The notes below the pieces were generated by a model, which was not told the DNA's origin, ran no database searches, and saw nothing but the letters and a program-made list of their open reading frames with translations. Shown here one piece after another: positions 9,394 through 19,098 of a stretch of 64,000 bases of DNA. Position numbers and translations under genes: made by a program. The DNA lies in IMG/VR virus record IMGVR_UViG_3300030107_006644, positions 141,518 through 205,517 of that record. One strand, written 5' to 3'. How positions within the stretch are numbered: the first letter of the stretch is position 1; every line of letters begins with the position of its first letter.

Positions 9394-11432
9394 GTTATGA
9401 AAAGATAGCTAACGATTGGAAGAGGTTTATGTCCGAGGATCTGAATCCCGACATAGAGGCTGCAATAGATCGCTCAAGTTCAACAGAGCCATCACCGGCA
9501 ACGGAAGAGGACTTTGAATCGTATGCTGCTGTGGCCGATTATGTTAGTGGTCAAGGCCACGCTCCAGAGGGAATACTCGGCTTTGCCGATCAGTATGACG
9601 CTAGCAAATATCCCGATTGGAACGATAGGGTCGCTCGAACGGACGCTGAGCTGGAATCCCTGCCCGGTCTTGCTCCTCGCGAAACAAGGTTGCCGGGCGT
9701 ACATCGAGGTCCGTACAGGGAAGACGCAGCTATATTTAGCGCCGCTGAATCCGAGGCTGCAGCCGAGGAAGAAAGGTTACGTCAGCGTAGAGAAGAGAAC
9801 GATTACTGGAGAGACCAGCACGCTATCTCGCAAGGCTATGAAAGCTGGAATGACATGGCAGAGAACGACGAAGATTTGAGGGCAACCCTGCAGGTCCATC
9901 AGGACCGTGAGGACGAGCGCGAGCGCAGACAAGCTTACGATGAGGAATCTATGGAACATATGATTGCTCTAGGAATGTATGAACGCCCTGAAGAGCCGGA
10001 GCCGGGCCGTCGATATGGCTTTGAGGATTGGCGAGATGAAAACCCTAATGTTGCAAACGATTTCCGGGCCACAGAACAAGTTATGGGCTCCTCTTTCCTG
10101 CAGACAGTCGACTGGGAAGGTATGTCCGATCAGGATTACGAGACGCTGCAAAGAGCGGAGTATTTGTTTTTGATGTTTGGAGGATCCGGCGCCCGTCGAG
10201 GAAATGCCGGCCACGCTCATCATGAGGATTCGGAAGAAGCAGACTCAATTTTAAGAGAATTGTATGGCACAGTGTACGATGAGATGCTTGAGCGAGAAGA
10301 TTTGGGTAAAATGGTTCGACCTGTCACAACTAGGGTCAGGGATCGCGATACCGGCGTTGTCGAGAGAGTTAAGCAGTGGCAAGAGTGTTCGGATGATGAT
10401 ATGCAACAGCATCCGACGACTGACGGTGATCGCGCCGGTCGCGGAACAGGCTGCAGACCCCAACTTTACAACTCTGTTGACACTAGGGATCGATACATAG
10501 ACAATGCGATGGGGCAGAACAAGTATCACTGGAGTGCAGCAACGATCACCTTTCTCAACAGACATATGGCTCCGAACTTTCGAGGACATCAGGGACACTT
10601 TGCATACATGGGCGATGCTAAACGTGCTCTAGATTCTGAAGAGTACGAAGTAGGAGATTATGTAGCTCACCGGCCCGTCGATGATGAAACCGGGACTACT
10701 CACGGACAAATAACAATAGGAGATGTCGGTGTGGGCTCTTCGTTATGTAGTCCAAGAGGAGGTACTGGTGATGGCTGGTCAAATATTGGGTCTGCCAATC
10801 ACTGTGATATTGTGATCGCAAAGGATGTAGATGGAAACCTTGTCACAATGGGGGGCAATATTGCTAACGGAAGACTGGGGATCCGCGTTTTTACTTCTGA
10901 TGTTAGGGCATACCTCAAGCAGCACGGCAGGCAGCCCGGCGTAGATGTTGTTAGTTGGACTCGCCCTTCGATGGTGATCGCGCAAGCGCAACAACCCGGA
11001 CCAGCCTCCGATGCATTGGCTTTAGCCGAACCTCTTCAAGAATCTAAGGACACAACAACTTTACGAACCGCAATCCGCTCTGCACTTAAGTTATTAAAAG
11101 AAGATTATATTCAAAATGTTTACGAGGCCCAGTGTTCGCTCAACATTCATAAGAAAAAGGGTGGCGATAAAAAACAAACCTTAACAGACATTCGTGGCAT
11201 CCCCGGTGTTACAATTGTTAGTGTGGTTCCCGGTACAAGTCGAGAGATGGGGCATACCTTTATAACAACGCTGTCGGTTAAGTTTGAACTCAACAATAAT
11301 CTGCCGCCGCGTAATTACATTAAGAGGGTTCTGGTTCCTCACTTACGAAGAGTAGAGGGCGTCAGCAATATTCAGGTAAAGCGAATAACTAAGTTATCTA
11401 ATGTGCAGGGGGAAGAAGATTATCATGGCTGA
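9390..11432 (+). CDS. Probable virion protein with DUF2272/CHAP-like amidase domain
   Basis: HWSAATITF...HCDIVIA...MGGNI; N-terminal WKRFMSE; LRTAIRSALKLLKE helix. Confidence 0.75.
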   Translation: MSYEKIANDWKRFMSEDLNPDIEAAIDRSSSTEPSPATEEDFESYAAVADYVSGQGHAPEGILGFADQYDASKYPDWNDRVARTDAELESLPGLAPRETRLPGVHRGPYREDAAIFSAAESEAAAEEERLRQRREENDYWRDQHAISQGYESWNDMAENDEDLRATLQVHQDREDERERRQAYDEESMEHMIALGMYERPEEPEPGRRYGFEDWRDENPNVANDFRATEQVMGSSFLQTVDWEGMSDQDYETLQRAEYLFLMFGGSGARRGNAGHAHHEDSEEADSILRELYGTVYDEMLEREDLGKMVRPVTTRVRDRDTGVVERVKQWQECSDDDMQQHPTTDGDRAGRGTGCRPQLYNSVDTRDRYIDNAMGQNKYHWSAATITFLNRHMAPNFRGHQGHFAYMGDAKRALDSEEYEVGDYVAHRPVDDETGTTHGQITIGDVGVGSSLCSPRGGTGDGWSNIGSANHCDIVIAKDVDGNLVTMGGNIANGRLGIRVFTSDVRAYLKQHGRQPGVDVVSWTRPSMVIAQAQQPGPASDALALAEPLQESKDTTTLRTAIRSALKLLKEDYIQNVYEAQCSLNIHKKKGGDKKQTLTDIRGIPGVTIVSVVPGTSREMGHTFITTLSVKFELNNNLPPRNYIKRVLVPHLRRVEGVSNIQVKRITKLSNVQGEEDYHG

Positions 11433-12162
11433 TTATTATGATAAGTGGAAACGCTTTATAGCAGAGCGAAAACAGGCGCCGCACCAAATCTACTGTGATA
11501 TGGATGGCGTTTTGGTAGACTTCGTTCGCGGTGCTCTTGTATCTATTAACGAGGATGTTAATAACGCCAAGCTTTCCGACAAGAAAGAGACAGGCGGGAT
11601 GACTGATCTTGGCCATCTTAGACGCGCCATGAAACGAGAAGGTGTGGACACCGTAACCGAAGAGCATATTGAAAAATTTGCAGGTGGACACTCTAAAGTG
11701 AGAAAATACGCCATAAGACATATGTATGCCAGCTTGTCTGATGATGTAGACTTCTGGGCTAATTTGCCTTGGATGGAGGGTGGTCGTGAGTTGTGGGACT
11801 CGATCAAAAAGTATGAACCTTATATTTTAACTGCGCCTATGGGCCCCGGCTCTGAAGAGGGCAAGAGAAGGTGGATTCGCAGAAATCTTTCTCCGTCGCC
11901 CAAAAAGATATTCATGTCTCACGACAAGTTTAAGTGGGCAACAGATAGCGGTGGAAACGCCAATATCTTAATAGACGACTTTATGACCAATATTGGCCCA
12001 TGGAGAGAGAACGGTGGCATAGCTGTCCATCACGATGCAACCGACCTGCAGGAAACTTACGCCGAACTGTTAAGAAACGGCATTGAGGTATTGCGAGCCC
12101 CCGAGAGTCATGAGGAAGATCCCATGTCGTCTATGCACGATGACGACGAGGATGTTATATAA
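11425..12162 (+). CDS. HAD-family 5'(3')-deoxyribonucleotidase-like protein
   Basis: IYCDMDGVLVDF motif I, ILTAP, LIDD, W...GGIAVHH; ATG 11425 overlaps the upstream stop. Confidence 0.88.
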   Translation: MADYYDKWKRFIAERKQAPHQIYCDMDGVLVDFVRGALVSINEDVNNAKLSDKKETGGMTDLGHLRRAMKREGVDTVTEEHIEKFAGGHSKVRKYAIRHMYASLSDDVDFWANLPWMEGGRELWDSIKKYEPYILTAPMGPGSEEGKRRWIRRNLSPSPKKIFMSHDKFKWATDSGGNANILIDDFMTNIGPWRENGGIAVHHDATDLQETYAELLRNGIEVLRAPESHEEDPMSSMHDDDEDVI

Positions 12163-12265
12163 AACAAATTTCTTTACCTCATGATAAATTAGTGGAAGAA
12201 ATTACGAGAAAATAAGATTTTTATAGATCCGGCTAATAGTTACTACAGAGCGGAGGCCGTTTTGC

Positions 12266-13081
12266 ATGGGTCTAATGTCGAAAGCTATCACGATTTTTAC
12301 CACAGCTATGATGAGTGGTTGCGTACAAGTTGGTAGCACTGACCCCGTTGTTGTTAGCCCGACATTACCAAATGCACATTTTTGCGAAGCTGGTAGCGAG
12401 GTAAACAGAGAGGTACAATCCGCACCCTCCAGAAGACTCGCAAAGATAGCGACGAAGACAAGAAACGCAGCAGTTATGATACACCACCTCGACGGCTCAC
12501 GTCGAGGTTCTGGCGTGTATATGTCTTACGACAACCATCACTTAGTTTTAACCTCTGCTCACGTTGTGCAGGGCGGCCCACCGATAGTGAGAGTGACCAC
12601 GCATACCGGAGAGTCTGTTGTTGCACCTGTGGTTGTTGCGGCTCTTTCACATACAGAAGACTACGCCGTTCTCTTGATCGAGGAACCCTTGTCTTCTGCT
12701 ACAGCGATGCCATTAAAGATCCGCCAGAACTCTAGAAGCGGGATTGTCGGCGAGTCGATAGTTTACTCTGGTTCTCCCGGCCACCACGAACTTCTAACTC
12801 TTTACGGAAACGTGTCTGGTGTTGCTGCGAACGAGAATTTAATAGTACACTCCTATGCTTGGATGGGGGCTTCTGGCTCCGGTGTATTTGATGACAGAGG
12901 AAACCTTGTTGGCATACTGAGAGCTATAGACGTGAATGACGGCATAGTGGTGCCTCAACTGAATGAAGATATGGTCTGGGTTGCGCCACTGACAAGCGTA
13001 GACTTGCAGAGATTATCGCTGGTTCTGGAAATTTATGATCTAGCGAGTGAGGTAGATGAATTAAACATGCCGCAGAGATAG
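12266..13081 (+). CDS. Trypsin-like serine protease, probable lipoprotein
   Basis: LTSAHV (His), EDYAV (Asp), GASGSG (Ser); N-terminal hydrophobic stretch ending SGC. Confidence 0.88.
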   Translation: MGLMSKAITIFTTAMMSGCVQVGSTDPVVVSPTLPNAHFCEAGSEVNREVQSAPSRRLAKIATKTRNAAVMIHHLDGSRRGSGVYMSYDNHHLVLTSAHVVQGGPPIVRVTTHTGESVVAPVVVAALSHTEDYAVLLIEEPLSSATAMPLKIRQNSRSGIVGESIVYSGSPGHHELLTLYGNVSGVAANENLIVHSYAWMGASGSGVFDDRGNLVGILRAIDVNDGIVVPQLNEDMVWVAPLTSVDLQRLSLVLEIYDLASEVDELNMPQR

Positions 13082-13101
13082 GCAGTAAAGGAGAGAAAGT
13101 T

Positions 13102-14136
13102 GTGAAACAAGTTAAAGCATTTAAGATGTTGATGATGCTGCCACTGTTGTTCTTTACCTCTTGCTTATCAGTGGATTATAGAATGACCGGCGAAGGAGAG
13201 ACATCCGGCGAAAGCCAAATTATCGAGGTGCCAGTTTACATATTGGTAGAGGTGCCGGGCGAAACTGAATATGGGGAAATCTGGGTAGACTCTTTTGACC
13301 AACCTCAGAGCGTTGACGGTGTAGACATTCTATGGGTCATCGACACATCCGGTTCGATGTATAGGTACGACCCCGAGTTGATGGCTGGTATCGAGGCTAT
13401 GCTAGAGGCCTTACCAGAGACAGGATGGCGACTAGCTATGGTAAGCAACGATCCAACCAAGGCTTCTGTCGAGGCGCAGTTTCCTTTGGTGCCGGGCGAC
13501 GACATTGGTGACGCGATGGATATGTACAATGCCATGGGGCGCGGAGGAAGAGAAGAAGGCTTCGATGCGGCCTATGAGTATATCGTAAATAATTCTTATG
13601 CCTCCACATGGCTACGTCCAGATGCCGCTTTGTTAGTTGTTTTCGTCTCGGATGAAGAAGAGCAGAGCGACGATCACTTTACAGACATCGCTGATTTTAA
13701 GGCGTGGTATGGCTCTCAGCGAGGAGGCTCTGCATTTCTGGCTAGTATCAACAATGTTGCACAAGCAGACTCGGTATGTGATAACCCGCCAAGTTCTATG
13801 GATATTGGCGACAGATATATGGAGGCAACCAATTATTTTAGTGGAGTCGTTGTAGACATTTGCGCTGAAGATTGGGCCCCCGGCGTACAGGATGCGTCAA
13901 ACCGTCTGGAGCCATATGAGCATATAGAGTTAACATATGTGGTGAGCGATGAGTCCACTATCCGAGTTTTTGTCAACGGAGCGTTGAACTGGGATTGGTA
14001 CTATCAGGCGTCTGACAATACCGTGTATTTCACTGTGATTCCGGCAGGCAATGATCATGTGGATGTTGCCTATCATTATGATCCGGACGATCCGTATGGA
14101 AATGGTTCGGGAGACACGGGTGATACGGGAAGTTAA
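13102..14136 (+). CDS. vWA-domain lipoprotein
   Basis: DILWVIDTSGSM MIDAS, VVFVSDEEEQS; lipobox-like FTSC; C-terminal GDTGDTGS. Confidence 0.85.
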   Translation: MKQVKAFKMLMMLPLLFFTSCLSVDYRMTGEGETSGESQIIEVPVYILVEVPGETEYGEIWVDSFDQPQSVDGVDILWVIDTSGSMYRYDPELMAGIEAMLEALPETGWRLAMVSNDPTKASVEAQFPLVPGDDIGDAMDMYNAMGRGGREEGFDAAYEYIVNNSYASTWLRPDAALLVVFVSDEEEQSDDHFTDIADFKAWYGSQRGGSAFLASINNVAQADSVCDNPPSSMDIGDRYMEATNYFSGVVVDICAEDWAPGVQDASNRLEPYEHIELTYVVSDESTIRVFVNGALNWDWYYQASDNTVYFTVIPAGNDHVDVAYHYDPDDPYGNGSGDTGDTGS

Positions 14137-14155
14137 ACCTTTGGAGACGGCCGAG

Positions 14156-14416
14156 ATGACCGAAGAAGAAAAAAAATGCAGGCCACCATACCTTAAACTT
14201 GTTCACTCAAAGGCGTATGAGCCTCCGGCAGAACCTGAGAAAGTCGAAGAGATAGAGGTTATAGATTTTCACAAACCGTCTCGTGGTTTTCGCGACATGC
14301 TGAATCGAAAGGGCATAGATATGAAAACAATAACTATGGGCTTGGGTGCTATATGTATAATGTGTGCATCAATTGTGTTTATGATGACCGTGCTATTGTT
14401 GGCTTCCTCTTCTTGA
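14156..14416 (+). CDS. Hypothetical protein with C-terminal TM helix
   Basis: GGAG SD, ATG 14156; hydrophobic C-terminus. Confidence 0.6.
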   Translation: MTEEEKKCRPPYLKLVHSKAYEPPAEPEKVEEIEVIDFHKPSRGFRDMLNRKGIDMKTITMGLGAICIMCASIVFMMTVLLLASSS

Positions 14417-14434
14417 CGATTTGCGATAGAGCGA

Positions 14435-14443
14435 ACTATTTAT
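14435..14443 (+). promoter_or_regulatory. CTATTTAT late-promoter-like motif
   Basis: actatttat in the intergenic gap before 14474. Confidence 0.45.
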
Positions 14444-14473
14444 ATATTGTGAGGTGTAAGTTGTGGGATAGCT

Positions 14474-14659
14474 GTGCTAACATTGTGTACTTCGGCTTTC
14501 GTTTGCTATGTGGCGGCGAGAATCAGGAAATCGTATATGTTGGCAGAGCAAAAAAAGAGACTGTTATCTGAGATGGAACAGAAGAGGCAACTCTTGGAGA
14601 GCTTGGAGAAACTTAAAGCTAAGGCAGCCCGCAGACGAAAAGCCAAAAAGAAAACTTAA
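14474..14659 (+). CDS. Small basic membrane-anchored hypothetical protein
   Basis: 61 aa; hydrophobic N-terminus, K/R-rich tail. Confidence 0.55.
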   Translation: MLTLCTSAFVCYVAARIRKSYMLAEQKKRLLSEMEQKRQLLESLEKLKAKAARRRKAKKKT

Positions 14660-14700
14660 AAACCACATCAACATAGTATATGATATGAACTGGAGGACAA

Positions 14701-14955
14701 ATGTTTAAATGGTTGCGGCAAAAGCTAGGAATAGTTAGCCAAAAAGAGGTCGATTATTTAATTGCCGAGAACGCACTTTTGAGAGCTAAGGTGGCGATGT
14801 TAGAGAGAGATATTTCAACACTCAGAGGGGAGAATGCCATTCTGATGGAGCGCGAACGAGAACAGCAGAAGCAGGACTCCCGTGCGATGAAGTCAGTGTT
14901 GGAACAACTGGATCTGCTACTTCTCGAAACCTTAGACCCAATTGGAGATGCGTGA
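14701..14955 (+). CDS. Coiled-coil hypothetical protein
   Basis: GGAGG SD; heptad pattern. Confidence 0.7.
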   Translation: MFKWLRQKLGIVSQKEVDYLIAENALLRAKVAMLERDISTLRGENAILMEREREQQKQDSRAMKSVLEQLDLLLLETLDPIGDA

Positions 14956-15392
14956 TGGTGAGAAACAAGAAGCATGCAAAAAGCGCATGGATCGCAAATA
15001 GTTCTTGCGTAGCAAAGCCTTGGGGAGAAGAGATTTCGTGGGCCGCTTTGCCGTCAATACATGGGAAGATGCTTTATATCGAGGCGGGAACTAGAACCAG
15101 CTACAAATATCACAAGAGCAAAAATGAGGTTCTCTTTGTGTTGAAAGGTGAGGCAAAAGTACAGTTTGGCTCCGAATACACACTTGAAGATCCGATTGGC
15201 TTTCCCTTAAAGCACGCATTACTTGAGCCCGGCCAGTGTCTTAACGTGCAGTCAGGTTGCCCATACCGCATCGAGGCGATTACGGATTGCGAAATTGTAG
15301 AGATAAGCGATGGGCGCTCCGGAGAATCAGATAAAGTCAGGATCGAAGATGATTATGGGAGAGAAGCAACCTCCAAAGCGCGGAAAGAATAA
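14952..15392 (+). CDS. Cupin (mannose-6-phosphate isomerase type II C-terminal-like)
   Basis: KPWGEE, S..YH..K.E..FV..G, VRIEDDYGR. Confidence 0.85.
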   Translation: MMVRNKKHAKSAWIANSSCVAKPWGEEISWAALPSIHGKMLYIEAGTRTSYKYHKSKNEVLFVLKGEAKVQFGSEYTLEDPIGFPLKHALLEPGQCLNVQSGCPYRIEAITDCEIVEISDGRSGESDKVRIEDDYGREATSKARKE

Positions 15393-15728
15393 ATGAGTAA
15401 CAACAGCATGGAACTGATAACAGCGGGCGACGAAGATTTAAAGCCAAAGAAGCCTAGTAATCGCGCCCCCGAAGGTATACGGACCTTTACTGTCTGTCGC
15501 CAGCACGATGAGACTGGTATATCTGGGGAAGGCGTAGTTATTGAAGGCGCGACGTTCGCCACAGGCCATACGGTTATACACTGGCTCACTCCGGCACCCC
15601 GTGGATCAATTGCATTCTTTGATGCTTTTGATGACTTTATCAAGATTCACGTTACCAGCCATCCGAGCAACAACACCATTATCACGTTTGAAGATGGCGA
15701 ACAGACTATTTACGAAGGTAAGAGTTAG
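15393..15728 (+). CDS. Hypothetical phage protein
   Basis: 111 aa; DETGISGEGVV.EG..F..G.TVIHW. Confidence 0.75.
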   Translation: MSNNSMELITAGDEDLKPKKPSNRAPEGIRTFTVCRQHDETGISGEGVVIEGATFATGHTVIHWLTPAPRGSIAFFDAFDDFIKIHVTSHPSNNTIITFEDGEQTIYEGKS

Positions 15729-15749
15729 TAAGAGAGGTTCGTTTGCGTT

Positions 15750-15998
15750 TTGACTCAACACAACAAGTTTAATATTGGTGACCTCGTAAAGCTAGTACCG
15801 GCGGCAATAGGGTATCCAATGTTTGATGATGCAAAGGAAGCACTTGGTGTTGGCATTGTTATAGAACAGAGGATGCAGGCTCCAGAATGGGGAGATCCGT
15901 CCGGTATTCCCACCTTAATGTATCGTGTGATGTGGAGTGGTACAAATACGAAAAGATGGGAATTCCCCAGTGATTTAGTTAAAGTCATAGATAAATAG
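15750..15998 (+). CDS. MKVGDLV-family SH3/KOW-like protein
   Basis: FNIGDLVKL...GVGIVIE...YRVMW...DLVKVI. Confidence 0.7.
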   Translation: MTQHNKFNIGDLVKLVPAAIGYPMFDDAKEALGVGIVIEQRMQAPEWGDPSGIPTLMYRVMWSGTNTKRWEFPSDLVKVIDK

Positions 15999-16001
15999 TA
16001 T

Positions 16002-16289
16002 GTGGAGTGCGAACTTACAACTGCTACTGTCGGCATCGGAGATTTGATTAGGTGGGTAAAGCCGCTCTACTATATACAGAATGGTAAAGAGTATACATTA
16101 GAAAACTGGAACTATGCGCTCGTTATTGAGGTTAATATCAAGGTCTACTCTACTTTGGTAGTGCGAAATTTAACCTTGCAACTGCTTGGCGAACATAGCT
16201 CAATGCGTATAGACATATCTCTTGACATGTTGACTGATCTTGGGAAGATAGAGAAATTATGCGAAAGAAAATGGATTTGTATAGGTTGA
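16002..16289 (+). CDS. MKVGDLV-family SH3/KOW-like protein
   Basis: VGIGDLIRW...ALVIEV. Confidence 0.65.
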   Translation: MECELTTATVGIGDLIRWVKPLYYIQNGKEYTLENWNYALVIEVNIKVYSTLVVRNLTLQLLGEHSSMRIDISLDMLTDLGKIEKLCERKWICIG

Positions 16290-16370
16290 GTAGAACTACT
16301 TAAATTAAAGGTTCTCTCGAACCGCCGCGCGAAACTTCGCGGAAAATTTTTCAATGCGAGGTGCCAATGA

Positions 16371-16661
16371 GTGTCAATCAGGAGATTCCGAATCGGAGAT
16401 TACATACGCTGGGAGTCTGGAATCGAGGCATTCAGCGCAAGTGCGTCGGGCATTGTCCACCCAATCGAGTTCAGATACGACTATGGCATCGTGGTAGACA
16501 TAGCAGAAGGCAATCCGAAGGAGAACGCATCGGACGTTATCATCGCGTATTGTGTCGAAAAGAGAGATTGGATTGTTGCTCACGTTGACGATGCAGAATA
16601 TCGCATGGAACTGGTCAGCCGAGCACCAGAAAAGCCCATTGGTAAAGTCGATGGGAGATGA
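16371..16661 (+). CDS. MKVGDLV-family SH3/KOW-like protein
   Basis: FRIGDYIRW...YGIVVDI...MELVS. Confidence 0.7.
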   Translation: MSIRRFRIGDYIRWESGIEAFSASASGIVHPIEFRYDYGIVVDIAEGNPKENASDVIIAYCVEKRDWIVAHVDDAEYRMELVSRAPEKPIGKVDGR

Positions 16662-17049
16662 CAAGACGATAGAAGAGAAGCCGCCTGATGTGTTCGTAGG
16701 CGACATGATAAAGTGGAAGGAAGCCGAGTTCTCATATACGCCAAGCGACTACAAGGTTAAACACTACGTCGGAATAGTCGTAGAGGTGAAGGTGCCGGAA
16801 GCTACAGTGCAGGATATAATGTGGAACATATACTATAGTCACAGCTACGACCCATTGGTAGACGAGTATTACCGCAAGAACTTCTGGGACCAAAGATATG
16901 AAGAGGTGCCATGGATTAAGGTGTTGACTATTCAAGGCAAGACCGGAAAGAAGGTGTTTCGCTACCTTTCGATGGAGGATGAGTTTGAAGTCCTATCGCG
17001 AGCTAGTCTGCTGATCCTGCCAACCACGGAGAAGGAGCATGAAGAGTAA
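16651..17049 (+). CDS. MKVGDLV-family SH3/KOW-like protein with insertion
   Basis: VFVGDMIKW...VGIVVEV...IKVL...FEVLS; start placed at ATG 16651. Confidence 0.65.
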   Translation: MGDDKTIEEKPPDVFVGDMIKWKEAEFSYTPSDYKVKHYVGIVVEVKVPEATVQDIMWNIYYSHSYDPLVDEYYRKNFWDQRYEEVPWIKVLTIQGKTGKKVFRYLSMEDEFEVLSRASLLILPTTEKEHEE

Positions 17050-17269
17050 CCCCGATGCTTATGACATTGGCGATTACGTCGAAATAATGGTGTGTCCGTC
17101 CATTGGTGGCGGTGTGGAAGTCTGCTACGGGATTGTAGTGGCTAGCTCATCAAAAAAAACGAGCTATTTAATATACTTGTTTGACAAAAATCGCTGGAAG
17201 TGGTACAATGATTTTGAGCTTACACTGATGAGCGCAGCGGAAGAGGCAAATGGAACTAGGAAAAAATAG
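17039..17269 (+). CDS. MKVGDLV-family SH3/KOW-like protein
   Basis: YDIGDYVEI...YGIVV...YLIYL...ELTLMS. Confidence 0.7.
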   Translation: MKSNPDAYDIGDYVEIMVCPSIGGGVEVCYGIVVASSSKKTSYLIYLFDKNRWKWYNDFELTLMSAAEEANGTRKK

Positions 17270-17573
17270 CGGCGAAAGGCTACAAGTTTACAAATACACG
17301 GCAGAAGATGAGAACGGACAGATAGTGTTTTACTACACATACCCCGAGAAAAGCGAGAGAATCGTCAAGAGGGTTGAAGACAAGATTAAACAAGATGTGA
17401 TCGTGTTCGATATATTTCCGGGCTTAATCAATGGTGACGAAGAACTAGAAGAGGCAATATGGGTGACAACGCAAATACAAACTCCCATGTATCTTCCGGC
17501 AGGCATGGGCGTAACTATGCATGACTTTGGAACCATACTATACGGAATCGCAGAAGATGACGAAGACTCTTGA
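17250..17573 (+). CDS. Acidic hypothetical protein
   Basis: 107 aa; its stop TGA lies inside the first TTGACA of promoter element P1. Confidence 0.7.
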   Translation: MELGKNSGERLQVYKYTAEDENGQIVFYYTYPEKSERIVKRVEDKIKQDVIVFDIFPGLINGDEELEEAIWVTTQIQTPMYLPAGMGVTMHDFGTILYGIAEDDEDS

Positions 17574-17624
17574 CATGTTGCTGACAACTTTTCCATTGAC
17601 AGGCGGGTCGTGATGAGCTATATT
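17570..17624 (+). promoter_or_regulatory. Triple-box sigma70-type promoter element P1
   Basis: TTGACA 17570, CTGACA 17581, TTGACA 17596, 17 bp, TATATT 17619. Confidence 0.9.
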
Positions 17625-17647
17625 ATTAGGGTAAACAGGAGGAAGCC

Positions 17648-17923
17648 TTGAAGGTTGGAGATTTGGTAACGCTTTCATCTTATGGTAAGCGCATTAACTA
17701 TATGGGTAAGTGCATAGCCCAGCGAAAATATAACGGAGGATTTCGTGGCCCGTTGATTGGGCTGGTTATCGCAAAAGTCGAGCCCACACATTCGTGGGAG
17801 AAGCAAATGAAGTATTCGGTTGCATGGATTGATAACTGCGAGTTCAATCCACAAGGTCGAGATAACTGGGTGAAGTATTTTCACCGCAAAGACCTTAAGA
17901 TGGTCAAAAAAGCAAAGAAGTAA
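17648..17923 (+). CDS. MKVGDLV-family SH3/KOW-like protein
   Basis: MKVGDLVTL...IGLVIA...YSVAW...DLKMV; AGGAGG SD. Confidence 0.8.
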   Translation: MKVGDLVTLSSYGKRINYMGKCIAQRKYNGGFRGPLIGLVIAKVEPTHSWEKQMKYSVAWIDNCEFNPQGRDNWVKYFHRKDLKMVKKAKK

Positions 17924-17933
17924 GGAGATAAAC

Positions 17934-18257
17934 ATGCATAGAACAATGATTATGACAATCGCAACGCTGATGGCAGCAGCAGCATACGCAGATGAACCCC
18001 CAACAGCGGTCGAAGTGCCAGCTACCGCAACGACACAGCCAGTGCGCGTAGTTACAGGTACGGTTGTCGATTCAATGGGCGGATCTGACCTCCACGGGGG
18101 ATGGGTCAAGGTTCATTTGGATGGTCAGCCCGAAGGACTAATCAACACCTTCAGCGATATTGTCTTTCCGCACACCTGTACCACACTCGGTGATAAGTTC
18201 TACATCGTCTTTGGTAGCGTTACAACCAGTATTACATGCGGGGAACCAACCAAGTGA
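17934..18257 (+). CDS. Secreted hypothetical protein
   Basis: Signal peptide ending AAAYA; AAGGAG SD. Confidence 0.7.
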   Translation: MHRTMIMTIATLMAAAAYADEPPTAVEVPATATTQPVRVVTGTVVDSMGGSDLHGGWVKVHLDGQPEGLINTFSDIVFPHTCTTLGDKFYIVFGSVTTSITCGEPTK

Positions 18258-18556
18258 GAAAGAAACTTAACAAAACCGTGGTGTGCGCTGATGGGTTCTC
18301 CATGAGCGTGCAGGCCAATGGCACCGCTTATTGTCATCCTCGTCAGGAGCATGCAGAGCAGTACACGGAGGTCGAGATCGGCTTTCCTAGCGAGGAGGAA
18401 GAGTTGCTGATGGAGTGGGCAGAGAATCCCAGTGAGCCGACCGATACCGTGTATGCGTGGGTGCCTGCTGGACGTGTTTCGCTCGTTATCGCAAAGCATG
18501 GCGGCATGGTGTCGGGGGAACTTCCTCCCGGCATTCCGCGACTGGAAGCCTGTTGA
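18254..18556 (+). CDS. Hypothetical phage protein
   Basis: CADGFSMSVQA...YCHPR...EVEIGFPS; stop lies inside P2 box 1. Confidence 0.75.
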   Translation: MRKKLNKTVVCADGFSMSVQANGTAYCHPRQEHAEQYTEVEIGFPSEEEELLMEWAENPSEPTDTVYAWVPAGRVSLVIAKHGGMVSGELPPGIPRLEAC

Positions 18557-18607
18557 CATTTACTTGACAAAGTTTTCCTTGACTTTGCGCTCACTGTAGA
18601 GTATATT
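18553..18607 (+). promoter_or_regulatory. Triple-box promoter element P2
   Basis: TTGACA 18553, TTGACA 18564, TTGACT 18579, 17 bp, TATATT 18602. Confidence 0.9.
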
Positions 18608-18613
18608 ATTTGT

Positions 18614-18871
18614 ATGAAACGGAAGTTGAACATTGGCGATTTGGTGCGAGTCACCGAGGACACACACGATTCAAGGATGCCTCCCTCACGCACTGGTCTG
18701 ATTGTGAGTCAGGTTTGCGAAGAGGCATGGAATGATGAAAAGGTGCCTGTCGGCGTGTTTAACGTATGGATGACGAACGGTGAAACTCTAAGGTTTCACG
18801 AAATGTTCTTGGTAAAGGTCGAAAGGGTCGAAAGGGTCGAAAGGAACGAAGATGAGAAGAGAGAAGATTAA
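18614..18871 (+). CDS. MKVGDLV-family SH3/KOW-like protein, probably leaderless
   Basis: LNIGDLVRV...TGLIVS...FNVWM; ATG 7 nt after the -10 hexamer, no SD. Confidence 0.75.
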   Translation: MKRKLNIGDLVRVTEDTHDSRMPPSRTGLIVSQVCEEAWNDEKVPVGVFNVWMTNGETLRFHEMFLVKVERVERVERNEDEKRED

Positions 18872-18948
18872 ACGGGCGTTGCGCCAAACTCTGCGGATCC
18901 TAATCCTAGGCTATCCCGCTATTTATTTCTAAACTACTGGAGAAAATC

Positions 18949-19098
18949 ATGGAAATCGGTACTATTGTTCAACACTTTGTGTGTGATTATCGAGGTCGAA
19001 TCGTGGCCATGGCCAATGGTCTGGTTCACGTCCTTGTCGATGGCGTTGGCGTTGTGGAAGATCGTGTTGAGAACTTTGTCTTGTCCGAAGCGGCTTGA
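18949..19098 (+). CDS. MKVGDLV-family SH3/KOW-like protein (49 aa, not in the ORF track)
   Basis: MEIGTIVQH...GRIVA...VHVLV; GGAG SD; stop lies in P3 box 1. Confidence 0.7.
   Translation: MEIGTIVQHFVCDYRGRIVAMANGLVHVLVDGVGVVEDRVENFVLSEAA

Noticed and set aside
16325-16352. GC palindrome with A/T tracts (CGCGAA-AC-TTCGCG); similar AAAAATTCGGCGCCGTTTTT near 34868
   Set aside because: Only two or three dissimilar cases, one inside a CDS; cannot be distinguished from a weak terminator or chance
18817-18843. Tandem GGTCGAAAG x3 (VER repeats)
   Set aside because: Short in-frame slippage repeat at a protein C-terminus; no wider pattern
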